Positions 48,355 through 60,974 of a stretch of 64,000 nucleotides of DNA are shown in pieces. Under the pieces are notes generated by a model. That model was not told the DNA's origin. It searched no databases and worked only from the letters and a program-made list of their open reading frames with translations. The position numbers and the translations under genes were made by a program. Where the stretch lies: NCBI RefSeq assembly GCF_006345805.1, contig NC_042997.1:156054001-156118000 (forward strand), written 5' to 3'. Origin of the DNA: Octopus sinensis. Its lineage: Eukaryota. Within the stretch, counting starts at the first letter, position 1. Each line of letters begins with the position of its first letter.

Positions 48355-50127
48355 TAGTGATTTTAATCCATCCGTGTTATCATTTATAGTTCACCTCCCT
48401 CTGAACCTTTCCTGCATTGGATCTGGGGCTTATAGTTGACTGTGGAATGTGTGCCATGCATGTACTCTTGAAACTTTGCATACACGTTGTGTATTTGGTT
48501 AGTACTTGTGAATGTGTGCCTAACTGGAGTGACAAATCTATATTTACTTTAGTAACTATGTATATGTCCATACACATTGTTAGTGCAAAGGTACGCTATC
48601 CCTGACTCTACATTGGTGTCTTTGTTATTTAAGTACCTTGATTCTTTAGGAACTTGCAAATTTTATATATATATAATAGGTAGTATATATAAAAAAGCAT
48701 ATGATAAATACAGACAGTTAGTGCTCACATTGGAGCAGGTATTTAAAATCTAATGTTGAATGGAAGGAGATAGAATTGAGGCAAACCAGGTAATGTACTG
48801 ATTGAATTAAAGTAAGAACAATAGGATAAAAGATGGATAGGTGTTGTTAAATGCATCAAAATATTCATAAAATAGTTATGCAAGAGTGATGATAAATATA
48901 ATTAAGCAGAAATACAAGAAAATCAGAAAATTGGGAAAACAAGAGTTCATAACCTGAAATATCACAGGTAAAAGAGAGGAAAACCCAAGTTCTTCATTGG
49001 TAGATATCTGGAGAGTTCATATTCAAATCTCACATATAAAAGAAAAGAGAATATGGGTAATTCTTTACAATTGTTTCTGATGCATGGTGTTCAGTTAGTG
49101 GAGTAGTGTGAATACTATGTAAGTGCATGTGTGTGTGTATGTGTGTGTGTGTGTGAAGTATTAAAGCAGTCTATTAATGAAAGTTCTTGGATATTTCTGA
49201 ATACAAGAAAGGCTAAAAGGAAGATAAAAAAAATGAAATAGGGTATTTAATTAAAACTGAAATATTCTGCGAAGTTTGTAAGTTTTTAATAGAAGTGAGT
49301 GTTTCCTCCATCACTCATCTATTATTATCTATGGCTTATCCATTTTGATGCCATCTTATCTCCAACAACCCTTGATATATGATACAAACATCCTGCTTTA
49401 AAGTGACCTAAAAATCAAATCTTTCATCCTAATTTCATGTTAATTTATGTTCCAAATACCAATTTAGTAATCACAGTTTTTAATTGAATTAATCAATTTT
49501 TTCCCAAAATTAATTGAATTAAAGGCAGTGTGTTTCAATAGAACAATGGTAACAAAAAGGTTAATGTTATTTATTTGTCTCTAACTTAAATCATATTACC
49601 CAGCTCTACTATCATGGAATGATGGTGTCTTCTCTTAATCCTGACATTTGTATTTCAGAAATCCTTTCACTTGGTTTCTGTGTAATGTCTGAAGTTACAT
49701 TTTACACAAAACGAAAATTCTAAAGCTTTCATAACGTTTCCCAATAAACAATATTTTCAGTCAATCATATATTAGGAGTTAATAATATATGCATTTTAAT
49801 TCCACTACCTACTGCTAAACAAAGCCTGGCAGGAAACAGTAGTCTCTTGAGAAGGAGTAGTTGCTGGAGGCCAGATATGCATTCATTTCTAGAGACCCTG
49901 CTGCTGGTGTTCTCATACAATTTCCCAATATTCTGACAGGTGACCTGCACTGTATCTGTCTTCTGGTTTCTGGCAATATTTGACTTCTAGGAAGTTATGT
50001 TTCTCTTTTGTCTTAGTATCATGTGGCTAAGTAAAAAGAAAGAAAATAACAGTAGAATTCAAAATCTATCACTTCAAAGAACTAATCACCATAACAGGTA
50101 TATATTTCTATAATAATAATAATAATG

Positions 50128-50161
<34 letters not shown>

Positions 50162-50902
50162 TAATAATAATAATAATAATAATATAATAATAATAACAAT
50201 AATATATATGTGTGTGCGTTTGTGTGTCTGTGTGTGTATAAATCATATTTTCACTCATACACATATTTATGTTTATATAGATGAGTGTGTATGTATATAC
50301 ATATATACACACACACATACATATTCACACTCAGACACACACACACACACACACGCACACATACACACACATAAAGCTAAACTTGAACAAACTGAGTTAA
50401 GAATTATATGGATGAAAGGCAATAAAAGTTCAAAACACAGTAACGTGATGGAGAAATGATTGAAAACAAACATGGCATTAAGTCTGAGCACATTTGATTT
50501 GGAGGACAAACATGGAAAATAAGAAAGCCAAAACAGAATTTGTAAAATGTCAAAGAGATTGATATGTGTGTGAAGATCTTAGCAAATTTAAGTTTGTTAA
50601 ATTTCTATTCACGTATAAAGTCTGTTTTGACATTGATTTCTTTAAAATCTATATAATGACAAATATGAATTTCAAAAATATTAAGACTAATTATAACTGC
50701 AACTGAAATAGTTTCTTTATTATAAGAATGATCTACAATGAAATAAGTTAAAAATGAAGAAAATCTATGTATAGATGCAGACATGGCTGTGTGGTAAGAA
50801 GCTTGCTTCCCAACCACATGGTTTCAGGTTCAGTCTCTGACTATAGCTCCATGCTGTTGAAATCTTTAATAGATCACGTACATGGAAACTGAAAGAAGTA
50901 TG

Positions 50903-50956
<54 letters not shown>

Positions 50957-50959
50957 TGT

Positions 50960-51151
50960 GTGTATTGATGGCGATTTTTTTTTCTCCGTCTTTCCTTCCT
51001 TGGACCTTTCCATTTTCTATGTTTCTGATGAAGAGCTCCGCTCAAAACTTTAAATCCTCCTTCTTTCTTTCCTTTCCGGAGCATCCAATAGCACTATACT
51101 TGTTCCACATCCTCGCATTGTTGTATTTTCTCTTTGTTCATGTTTGGATTA

Positions 51152-51160
<9 letters not shown>
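50960..51160 (+). mobile_element. PLE pLTR-like remnant with a broken HHR, between (TA)n runs
   Basis: CTGATGA-A-GAGC-TCC-GCTC-AAAAC at 51025-51048 (GAAA changed to AAAA). Confidence 0.6.
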
Positions 51161-51190
<30 letters not shown>

Positions 51191-51709
51191 AAACTTACTT
51201 GGAAATGGATGCATGGTGTTCGATAAAATAATAATAAAAATAATGTATGCATATATACATACACACATATGTATGTAAATGGGTACAGGGCATCATAAAA
51301 TGTAAACAACATGAATGCAAAAATAAAGTTGGGCACGCAAAGAATGAGAAAAACAAATGGAAAACAAGACAAGTGACATAAAAAACGACCCTTCATAAGT
51401 AGTTGGCTGTCCTTCTACTCCTTATTTTGAGCAATAAACAACAATATGAGACTTTGAAGGCAGTTGCTCCTGCGAGCCAAATTAAAAATTTGGGATTTGC
51501 AGAGAGTCAAAGTTAGTAACAAAAATAAGACAGACAACAAACCAGCCGAAACGAAGACAAAAATTTAATATTATACACACACACACACATATATATATAT
51601 ATATCTATATATAGTGTAATAAATAAAATATATGCATACATACAAACATATATGTACGTACCGACATCTACATGTATATATACATGCATATATAAATATA
51701 TATATACGT

Positions 51710-52003
51710 ACAGGACATCACAAGAAGACGGAAAAATCAACAGAACGAAAACGGAGAAGACATTTTGTTACAACAAAAGGACAGAGACGTAGAACAAGAC
51801 GAAACGAAAACGAAAACGGGAAAAACAATTATGTGCAGCAGAAAAACGAAGTACAGGACATGCTACACAAGGAAAAATCACCTTCATCAGCTGTCGCTAG
51901 CAGACACGTGTTTCCAAGGCAGAGACAGAACACGTAAGGTCAAGCTAGGCCTTCCTACGAGAGAATTAAAATAAAATAAACTCGTAGAGGGGTAAACGAG
52001 CAG
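51710..52003 (-). mobile_element. PLE pLTR-like repeat with permuted HHR core motifs
   Basis: Minus strand reads GAAACACGTGTC..CTGATGAAGG (51881-51914); (TA)-rich flanks; related decayed copy at ~51230-51570. Confidence 0.5.
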
Positions 52004-52043
52004 ATATATATATATATATATATATATAAATGTATATATATAG

Positions 52044-52440
52044 ATGCAGGAGTGGCTGTGTGGTAAGAAGCTTGCTTCCCAGCTACATGGACCTGGGTTC
52101 AGTCCTACTGCATGGCACCTTGGGCAAGTGTCTTCTACTATAGCGTCGGGCCAGCCAAACCCATGTAAGTGGATTTGGTAGGCAGAAACTGAAAGAAGTC
52201 TTTTCTATATATATATGTGTGTGTATGTATGCATTTGTGTCTTTTTGTCCCCCCACCATTGCTTGACAACTGAAGTTGGTGTGCTTATGTACCCGTAACT
52301 TAGCAGTTCAGCAAAAGGAACCAATAGAATAAGCACTGGGCTTACAAAAAATAAGTCCTGGGGTTGATTTGCTTGATTAAAGGCACTGCTCTAGCATGAC
52401 CACAGTTAAATGACTGAAACAAATAATAGGATAAAAGAAT
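52044..52440 (+). mobile_element. OR-type SINE
   Basis: Full head to tail. Confidence 0.85.
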
Positions 52441-52451
52441 ATATATATATA

Positions 52452-52593
52452 CCGTAAATCCTCGAGTATAATCAGCATTTTTTTCCTAAAATTTAAAGGT
52501 CAAAATCCCTGTGCATACTATATACGAGGTTAAAAATGAAAAATATTTTCTAAGCAATGTCCGAGTCTGGCAATGTTTATTCAGGATTTACGG
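52452..52593. mobile_element. Pogo/Tigger-like MITE with TA TSD
   Basis: TA|CCGTAAATCCT...AGGATTTACGG|TA. Confidence 0.8.
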
Positions 52594-52594
52594 T

Positions 52595-52619
<25 letters not shown>

Positions 52620-52625
<6 letters not shown>

Positions 52626-53281
52626 CAACTAATAAGGGTGAGAAAATTGGATACTAATTTAATAGTACCATCAATTTAACACCAAGTGGCTTAGTGCATA
52701 AAAACTGGGAATGCAATAAGTTTTATACTTAAATATAAGAGAGTGACCACTATGTGGTCGACTCTAGCACTAAAAATTGATCCGCTATGGTTTAGCCACG
52801 AAGAATTGTTTCCGATGAAAGTTAGCACAACTATTAGCGTAAACGAGTAGGGCAAATAAAAAATAACAAAAATGTAGATTAATTCAGGACAATTGTTTCG
52901 CTATTAATAAATTATGTAATTTTACTCACATAACAGGGCTTTGGTGGGGGCACTTGAATTATAACGGCGAATGCAATCGACTGAACCACATGTGTGTTTA
53001 TCGTTATGGTAAAATCTGGCATGCAGTTGAGTAAATTGTATTCTAGACAAATTCAGCTGAGGAGCTACAGATATGTTATGTGAGTAAAATTACATAATTT
53101 ATTAATAGCGAAACAATTGTCCTGAATTAATCTGCATTTTTGTTATTTTTTATTTGCCCTACTCGTTTACGCTAATAGTTGTGCTAACTTTCATCGGAAA
53201 CAATTCTTTGTGGCTAAACCGTAGCGGATCTATTTTTAGTGCTAGAGTCGACCACATAGTGGTCACTCTCTTATATTTAAA
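52620..53281 (+). mobile_element. Non-coding inverted-pLTR element with 207-bp arms
   Basis: 52729-52935 versus 53074-53280 (about 4 substitutions); 138-bp spacer; (TA)n flanks. Confidence 0.85.
53050..53128 (+). ncRNA. Canonical type I hammerhead ribozyme
   Basis: Stem I AATTCAG/CTGAATT (7 bp), CTGAGGA 53057-63, stem II GCTA/TAGC, GAAAC-AATT-GTC 53110-21. Confidence 0.88.
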
Positions 53282-53290
53282 TATATATAT

Positions 53291-56200
53291 CATCATCATC
53301 ATCATCATCATCATTTAGCGTCCGTTTTCCATGCTAGCATGGGTTGGACGGTTCAACTGGGGTCTGGGGAGCCCGAAGGCTGCACCAGGCCAGTCAGATC
53401 TGGCAGTGTTTCTACAGCTGGATGCCCTTCCTAACGCCAACCACTCCGAGAGTGTAGTGGGTGATTTTATGTGCCACCGACACAGGTGCCAGACGAGGCT
53501 GGCGAACGGCCACGCTCGGATGGTGTTTTTATGTGCCACCGACACAGGTGCCAGACGAGGCTGGCAGACGGCCACGCTCGGATGGTGTTTTTATGTGCCA
53601 CCGACACTGCCAGACGAGGCTGGCGAACGGCCACGCTCGGATGGTGTTTTTATGTGCCACCGACACAGGTGCCAGACGAGGCTGGCAGACGGCCACGCTC
53701 GGATGACGAGGCTGGCGAACGGCCACGCTCGGATGGTGTTTTTATGTGCCACCGACACAGGTGCCAGACGAGGCTGGCAGACGGCCACGCTCGGATGGTG
53801 TTTTTATGTGCCACCGACACAGGTGCCAGATGAGGCTGGCGGACGGCCACGATCGGATGGTGTTTGTTACGTCCCCAAAGCACGGAGGCCAGTCTATGCG
53901 GTACTGGCTACAGCCACGTTCGGATGATTTTCTTGTGTGCCACCGGCACTGGTACCACAAAGATACAAATTCCATTTATGTTCATCTATTTTGATTTGTT
54001 TTGATTTGATTTGATTTGATTTGATTTGATTTTCACTTGCCTCAACAGGTCTTCACAAGTGTCACAAGAAGGAAGGTATGCATAGGTGGACTGTCTACGT
54101 CGCCGGGTCTTCGGATGGTGTCTTTATGTGCCACCGACACAGGTGCCAGATGTGGCTGGCGAACGGCCACGATCGGATGGTTTTTCTTGTGTGCCACCGG
54201 TACTGGAACCACAAAGATACAAATTCCATTGATGTTCATCTATTTTGATTTGGTTTGATTTCACTTGCCTCAACAGGTCTTCACAAGTGTCACGCGTGTC
54301 ACACACTTGCCTCACCAGGTCTCCACAAGTGTCACACACTTGCCTCTGCCTCAACAGGTCTTACAAAAGTGTCACACACTTGCCTCTCTGCCTCAACAGG
54401 TCTTCACAAGTCATCATAAGAGGGAAGGTAAGCACAGGTGGACTGACTACGTCGCCGGGTCTTTGGATGGTGGTGGTGTTTTTATGTGCCACCGACACTG
54501 GCGAACGGCCACGATCAGATGGTGTTTGTTGTGCCCACAGCACGGAGGCCAGTCGACGGCCACGTTCGGATGGTTTTTCTTGTGTGCCACCGGTACTGGA
54601 ACCACAAAGATACAAATTCCATTGATATTCATCTATTTTGATTTGGTTTGATTTCACTTGCCTCAACAGGTCTTCACAAGGGTCACACACTTGCCTCAAC
54701 AGGTCTCCACAAGTGTCACACACTTGCCTCTGCCTCAACAGGTCTTCACAAGTGTCACACACTTGCCTCAACAGGTCTTCACAAGTGTCATAAGAGGGAA
54801 GGTATGCACAGGTGGACTGACTACGTCGCCGGGTCTTCGGATGGTGTCTTTATGTGCCACCGGCACAGGTGCCAGATGAGGCTGGCGAACGGCCACGATC
54901 GGATGGTGTGTGTTGTGCCCACAGCACGGAGGCCAGTCGATGCGGTACTGGTTACGGCCACGTTTGGGTGGTTCTTGTGTGCCACCGGCACTGGTACCAC
55001 AAAGAATACAATTCCACTGATGTTCATCTATTTTGATTTGTTTTGATTTGATTTGATTTTCACTTGCCTCAACAGGTCTTCATAAGTGTCACAAGAAGGA
55101 AGGTATGCACAGGACTGACTACGTCCCCGTCGGGGCCACGGGTTATGGCCTGACTAGTCTTGCCGGTCTTCTCATGCACAGCATACTTCCATAGGTCTCG
55201 GTCTCTAGACATTTCCTTAGTGAGACCTAAAGTTCGAAGGTCGTGCTTCACCACCTCGTCCCAGGTTTTCCTGGGTCTACCTCTTCCACAGTTCCCTCCA
55301 CTGCTAGGGTGTAGCACTTTTGCACACAACTATCTTCAGCCTTTCTTGTCACATGACCATACCAGCGCAGCCGTCTCTCTTGCACGCCACAACTGACGCT
55401 TCTTAGGTTCAACTTTTCTCTCAAGGAACTTACACTCTGACGATTATGAACACTGACATTACACATCCATCGGAGCATACTGGCTTCATTTCTTGCGAGC
55501 TTACGCATATCCTCAGCAGTCACGGCCCATGTTTCACTACCATGTAGCATGGCTGTACGTACACATGCATCATACAGTCTGCCTTTTACTCTGAGCGAGA
55601 GGCCTTTTGTCACCAGCAGGGGTAAGAGCTCTCTAAACTTTGCCCAGGCTATTCTTACTCTAGCAGTTACACTTTCAGCACACCCACCCCGCTACTGACT
55701 TGGTCTCCTAGGTAGCGGAAGCTATCAACTACTTCTAGTTTGTCTCCCTGGAACGTGGCAGAAGTTGGTCTCTGCATATTTCCAGTGTTTATTGCTCCTG
55801 AGCATTTGCCACAGACAAAAACTATTTTCCTAGTTAGCCTTCCTTTGACATTGCTGCACCTCTTATGTGTCCATAGCTTACACTTGGTGCATCTTATAGA
55901 GTTTCTACCTACACCTTTTTTACAGATCGAGCAGGGCCATCTACCTGAAGGCGTTTGTGATTGATCTACCTTCCTACTATTATTAGAACTTTGGTTTTGG
56001 CTAGGTTGATTCTAAGGCCCTTCGATTCTAATCCTTGTTTCCACACCTGAAACTTCTCCTCCAGTTCTGATAGTGACTCAGCAATTAGAGCAAGGTCATC
56101 AGCATAGAGGAGCTCCCAGGGGCAACCTGTCTTGAATTCCTCCGTTATTGCCTGGAGGACTATGATAAATAGGAGGGGACTGAGGACTGAACCTTGGTGG

Positions 56201-58152
56201 ACCCCAACCTCTACCCGGAATTCTTCACTGTACTCGTTGCCAACCCTCACCTTACTAGCAGCGTCTCTGTACATGGCTTGAACAGCTCTCACCAACCATT
56301 CTTCTATCCCTAGTTTCCTCATTGACCACCAGATAAGGGACCGGGGGACCCTGTCAAAGGCTTTCTCCAAGTCAACAAAAGCCAGGTACAAGGGCTTATC
56401 TTTGGCTAGGTATTTCTCCTGCAGCTGTCTTACCAGGAATATAGCATCAGTAGTACTTTTCCCTGGCACGAACCCAAACTGCATATCATCTAAGGTAACT
56501 CTCTCTCTAATTAGTTGGGCTACAACCCTCTCCGTAACCTTCATTACCTGATCCAGCAGCTTGATGCCCCTGTAGTTATTTGTCTCTAGGGCGTCGCCTT
56601 TACCTTTGTAGCAGTTGACTATTATGCTGCTACACCAGTCATTGGGTATGACCCCTCGTGTATCACCTGGTTAACTATACGGGTGACTAAGCTATAGCCG
56701 ACACCACCAGATATTTTGAGCATCTCTGCAGTAATTCCTGATGGGCCTGGGGCTTTCCCTGTTTTCATGCTTCTAATTGCCTTATCTACTAAGGAACTGT
56801 TAACTCGGATTGCTGGTCCCTCTGTTGGGTCGACATTCGGCAGACTCTCTTTATCCCATTCATTTTCCTCATTCAGCAACCTTTCATAGTGGCGTCTCCA
56901 AGCTTCTCTCTTTGCATCCTCATTTAACGCAAGTGAACCATCCTCCATGCGAACACATTTCTCTCCTACCACGTCACGATTCTCTCTCACACACTGTTCT
57001 TGCAACACGAAATACCTCAAGTCTTTCATCCTCACGACGCAGGACATTGGCAATTTTTCCTTATCTGCCTCCCCTCTGGCTAGATAGACCTGTCTCCTGG
57101 CTTCCCTTCTGGCAGACTGATACACTTCCCTGCTACCACCGTTCTTCCAGGCCTTCCAAGCCTGTTTTCTTTTGTCTAATAGCCCTGTCAACAATATTGT
57201 TCCACCACCACGTTATTTTGGGTCTTAAGGGGACTTTGCACCAGCCACAGATCTGGTCAGCGGCTTTCAGCAGGTTGTCCCTCAGAAGCGTCCAGTTGTC
57301 TTCTATCACCCATGCGTAGCTATACTCCCTTCCATTTCGTCTAAGGCTTCAAATAACATATCTCTAAATCTCTGTCCATTCGCAGGGTCTTTAAGCTTCC
57401 AGACCCCCTTCTTCTCCATGTTGGTCGTCTTCTAGTCGCCCTCTTTGTCCTGATCCTAAAGTCACTAACTACCAGTCTATGTTGTGGGGTGCATTCTTCA
57501 CCTGGGAAGGTTTTGGCATTTATAAGCAGCCATCTTTCCCTTTTTCTGGCAAGGATGTAGTCGATTTGGCTAGTATGCCGGCCCGATCGGTAGGTGACCA
57601 GGTGGCTTGTCGGTTTCCTGAAGTTAGTGTTGCAAATCATAAGACTATTCGCATCGCAGAACTCCAGCAGCCTGGTTCCCTCCTCGTTGCGGGAACCATA
57701 ACCGTAGCCTCCATGTACGCCATGGAAGCCCCCAGCACGTCGTCCAACATGCCCATTGAAGTCACCAGCCACAAAGAGAAGGTCCCTGTCGTTCGTCAAT
57801 GATGTGGTCTGCAGTAGGGTGTCATAGAAACAGTCTTTCTGTCCATCAGGTAGCCCTGGCTGAGGGGCATAGGCCGATATAATAGTTGCTAAACTATGGT
57901 GGAGCACTAATCTAATCTTAATTATTCTGTCACTTACTCTGACTACCTCGATTACCTTATCTACCCATTTTTCGGCGATAAGCATGCCCACACCCCCGAC
58001 TCCGTCAGTATTCCCAGCCCAGAAAATCTTGTACCTCTGTCCTTTGCCTGTGAGGAACCTAGCAGAACCTCCTCTCCACCTCACTTCTTGAATGCAGCAT
58101 ATATCAACCCACCTCCGTTCAAGCAAGCAATTCAACTATCTCGCCAGATCTG

Positions 58153-58156
<4 letters not shown>
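53291..58156 (-). mobile_element. 5'-truncated RTE LINE with an expanded ~1.85-kb repeat 3' UTR, inserted in (TA)n
   Basis: ORF segments 57341-58135, 56622-57194, 55966-56544, 55248-55613 match the 9.6-kb copy; (CAT)n at 53291. Confidence 0.97.
53460..53850. repeat. 62-bp minisatellite in the RTE 3' UTR (about 6 copies)
   Basis: GCCAGACGAGGCTGGC..GGCCACGCTCGGATGGTGTTTTTATGTGCCACCGACACAGGT at 53488, 53550 and onward. Confidence 0.92.
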
Positions 58157-58203
<47 letters not shown>

Positions 58204-58429
58204 AAGCACTGGTGAAGGTGCGACATAAAAAGTACCCAATACTCTCTGTAAAGTGGTTGGTATTAGGAAAGGCATCCAGCTATAGAAACCATGCCAAAAC
58301 AGACAATGGAACCTGGTGCAGCTTCTAACCTTGCCAGATTCTGTCAAACTGTCCAAACCATGTCGGCATGGGAAATAAATGTTGATGATGATGGTGAGGA
58401 CGACAATGATGACAGCGGCGGCGGTGGTA

Positions 58430-58463
<34 letters not shown>

Positions 58464-59104
58464 CTGTGTGTGTGTCTGTGTGTCTCTGTGTGTGTATTTA
58501 TGTGTGTGCCTTTGTGCTTATGTCTGTCCCCTACTGCTTGACAGCCAGTGTTGATTTGTGTACATCTCCATAGCAATTTGGCAAAAGATACCAACAGAAT
58601 AAGTGCCAAACTTTAAGAAATAGTACTGGGATTGGTCTATTTGACAAAAACAAAAAAAATCTTCCAAGGTGGTGCCCCAGCATGACTTCGGTTCAGTGGC
58701 AGAAACAAATAAAAGATAAAAGTCAAAGTCAATGTTACAAGCTGTTGTTTAGCTCAACATCAGGTCTGCCTGGTTAGATTTAGTATCAAAAGCACTTCAG
58801 AAGTGACCAATTCATCTTTTCCTTGGGATGCAATTATTTATGATTGATGGAGGACAACTGAACTGAGAGAAACCCCCACCCACTGGACGCAAGAAGAATC
58901 ATATGTGGTGTGCAAGAGAGAAGACTGCATTGTTACAGATAAGCAATGTTTATGGAGGACATCAGCTGTATAAAGAAGTACTAAGTGGGTGGAGCCTGTG
59001 GAAGAGACAAACAGAAAGAGAGGGGGGAGGTAGAAAGAGAGAGAGAAATTATATACATCACAAAAGTACTCAATTTCTGGAACTTTACTTTAACAAAGAC
59101 ACAG

Positions 59105-59274
59105 GCCTGGCTGTGTGGTAAAAGTTTTCTACCCAACCATATTATTCTGGGCCCAGTCTCACTGCATGGCACCTTGAGCAAGTGTCTTCTATTTTAACCT
59201 CAGGCCAGCCAAAGCCTTCTGAATGGATTTGGTAGATGGAAACTGAAAGAAGCCCATTGAATATATTATATATA

Positions 59275-59326
<52 letters not shown>

Positions 59327-60065
59327 TTATCTATGCGTGTGTGTCTTTGTGTCTGTTTGTCCACCACCCCCACTGCTGCTTGATAACTGGTGTTGGTGCA
59401 TTTATGTCCCTGTAACTTTGAAGTTCAGCAAAAGTGACTGATAGAATAAGTACCAGGTTTTTAAAAAAATAAGTACTGGGGCCAACTCATTTAGCTAAAA
59501 ATTCTTCAAGGCTGTGCTCCAGCATGGCCATATTCTAATGACTGAAAGAAGTAAAAGATAAAAGAGAGAGTTCAAATTCCGCTGAGGTTGACTTTGCCTT
59601 TCATCCTTTCGAAGTCGATAAATTAAGTACCAGTTGCATACTTGGGTCGATCTTATTGCCTGTCCACCTCCCCCAAATTTCAGGCCTTGTGCCTAGAGTA
59701 GAAAAGAAAAGATAAAAACGGTATAAATAACTGAGACATTATTTCTACCTGTAATCATATCTACTGCAAACTAAATGAAGAATTTGTAAAATGCTTCAAA
59801 AAGAGCAAATATATATATTCAGTGGTTAGGTTGCATATCAGACAAATGTTTTTTTATATAAAAACACAAAAAGGTGGTGAGCTCGTAGAATTGTTAGCAT
59901 ACCAGGTAAGATACTTAATGGTGTTTTGTCTGTCTTCATGTCATGAGTTCAAATACCACTGAGGTTGATTTTGCCTTTCATCTTTTCGGAGTTGATAAAA
60001 GTTGAGCACTGAAGTAGATGTAGTTGCCTTAACTCCACCCCAAAATTGCTGGCTTTGTGCCAAAA
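59105..60065 (+). mobile_element. Cluster of OR and OK SINEs
   Basis: OR at 59105-59550; OK fragments at 59570-59710 and 59875-60065. Confidence 0.75.
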
Positions 60066-60299
60066 CTTTGAAACACAAGAAAACATACACACACACACAC
60101 ACACACACACACGCGCGCACACATGCATGCACGCACAAAACACACATGATTGCAAAAACATGCATCTCTATGTATATCCATCAGTTTATCTATCCATTGC
60201 AGTATGTGTGTGTGTGTGTGGAGCAGCTCTATTTCTCTTATTCCTCACAGGTACAGATACAGCAAGACAGTGATCAACCAAGCAACCTTATTACAGATG

Positions 60300-60960
60300 G
60301 CAGACCACTTTTTTTCTGTAGGTTCCAAAACATGAGGACAATGACTTTAAATGTAGGCATAAAGAAAGGTAGATCAAGTGAGATTACACAGATACTGGAG
60401 TGAAAGGTGACTGGATGTGTGCTGTATGTGGTGAGCTGGCAGAAACGTTAGCACGTTGGGCGAAATGCTAAGCAGTATTTCATCTGCCGTTATGTTCTGA
60501 GTTTAAATTCCGCCAAGGTTAACTTTGCCTTTCATCCTTTTGGGGTCAATTAAATAAGTACCAGTTACGCACTGGGGTCGATATAATTGACTTAATCCGT
60601 TTGTCTGTCCTTGTTTGTCTCCTCTGTGTTTAGCCCCTTGTGGGTAGTAAAGGAATTGGTATTTCGTCTGCTGTTACATTCTGAGTTCAAATTCTGCCAA
60701 GGATGACTTTGCCTTTCATCCTTTCGGGGTCGATAAATTAAGTACTAGTTATGCACTGGGGTCGATGTAATCAACTTAATCCCTTTGTCTGTCCTTGTTT
60801 GTCCCCTCTATGTTTAGCCCCTTGTGGGCAATAAAGAAATAGGATGTGTGCTGTATGCAAGAGGTAGATGGTGGGGATCTTCAATTAAACCCCTCACAGG
60901 TAGAAGATGTTTCAAACTCTTCTGGGTGAACAATAGTGATGGGAAGGATACTGGTGGCCC
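60300..60960 (+). pseudogene. Old RTE APE fragment split by a SINE
   Basis: TLNVGIKKGRSSEI..DVCCMQEVDG..FKLFWV remnants on both sides of the SINE. Confidence 0.7.
60429..60841 (+). mobile_element. Dimeric OK SINE with 16-bp TSD GGATGTGTGCTGTATG
   Basis: TSD at 60413-60428 and 60842-60857. Confidence 0.9.
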
Positions 60961-60974
60961 AGACATTTTAAGCA

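Noticed and set aside
48417-48605. EGF-like exon (CECVPNWS)
   Set aside because: Cysteine spacing does not fit and the acceptor is unconvincing
52812-52852. CCGATGA...GTAAACGAGT as a hammerhead
   Set aside because: Core deviates at two invariant positions; the real HHR is on the other orientation at 53050-53128
53331-55046. CRISPR-like or repetitive-protein appearance
   Set aside because: Head-to-tail repeats without unique spacers, inside an RTE 3' UTR; the ORFs are by-products
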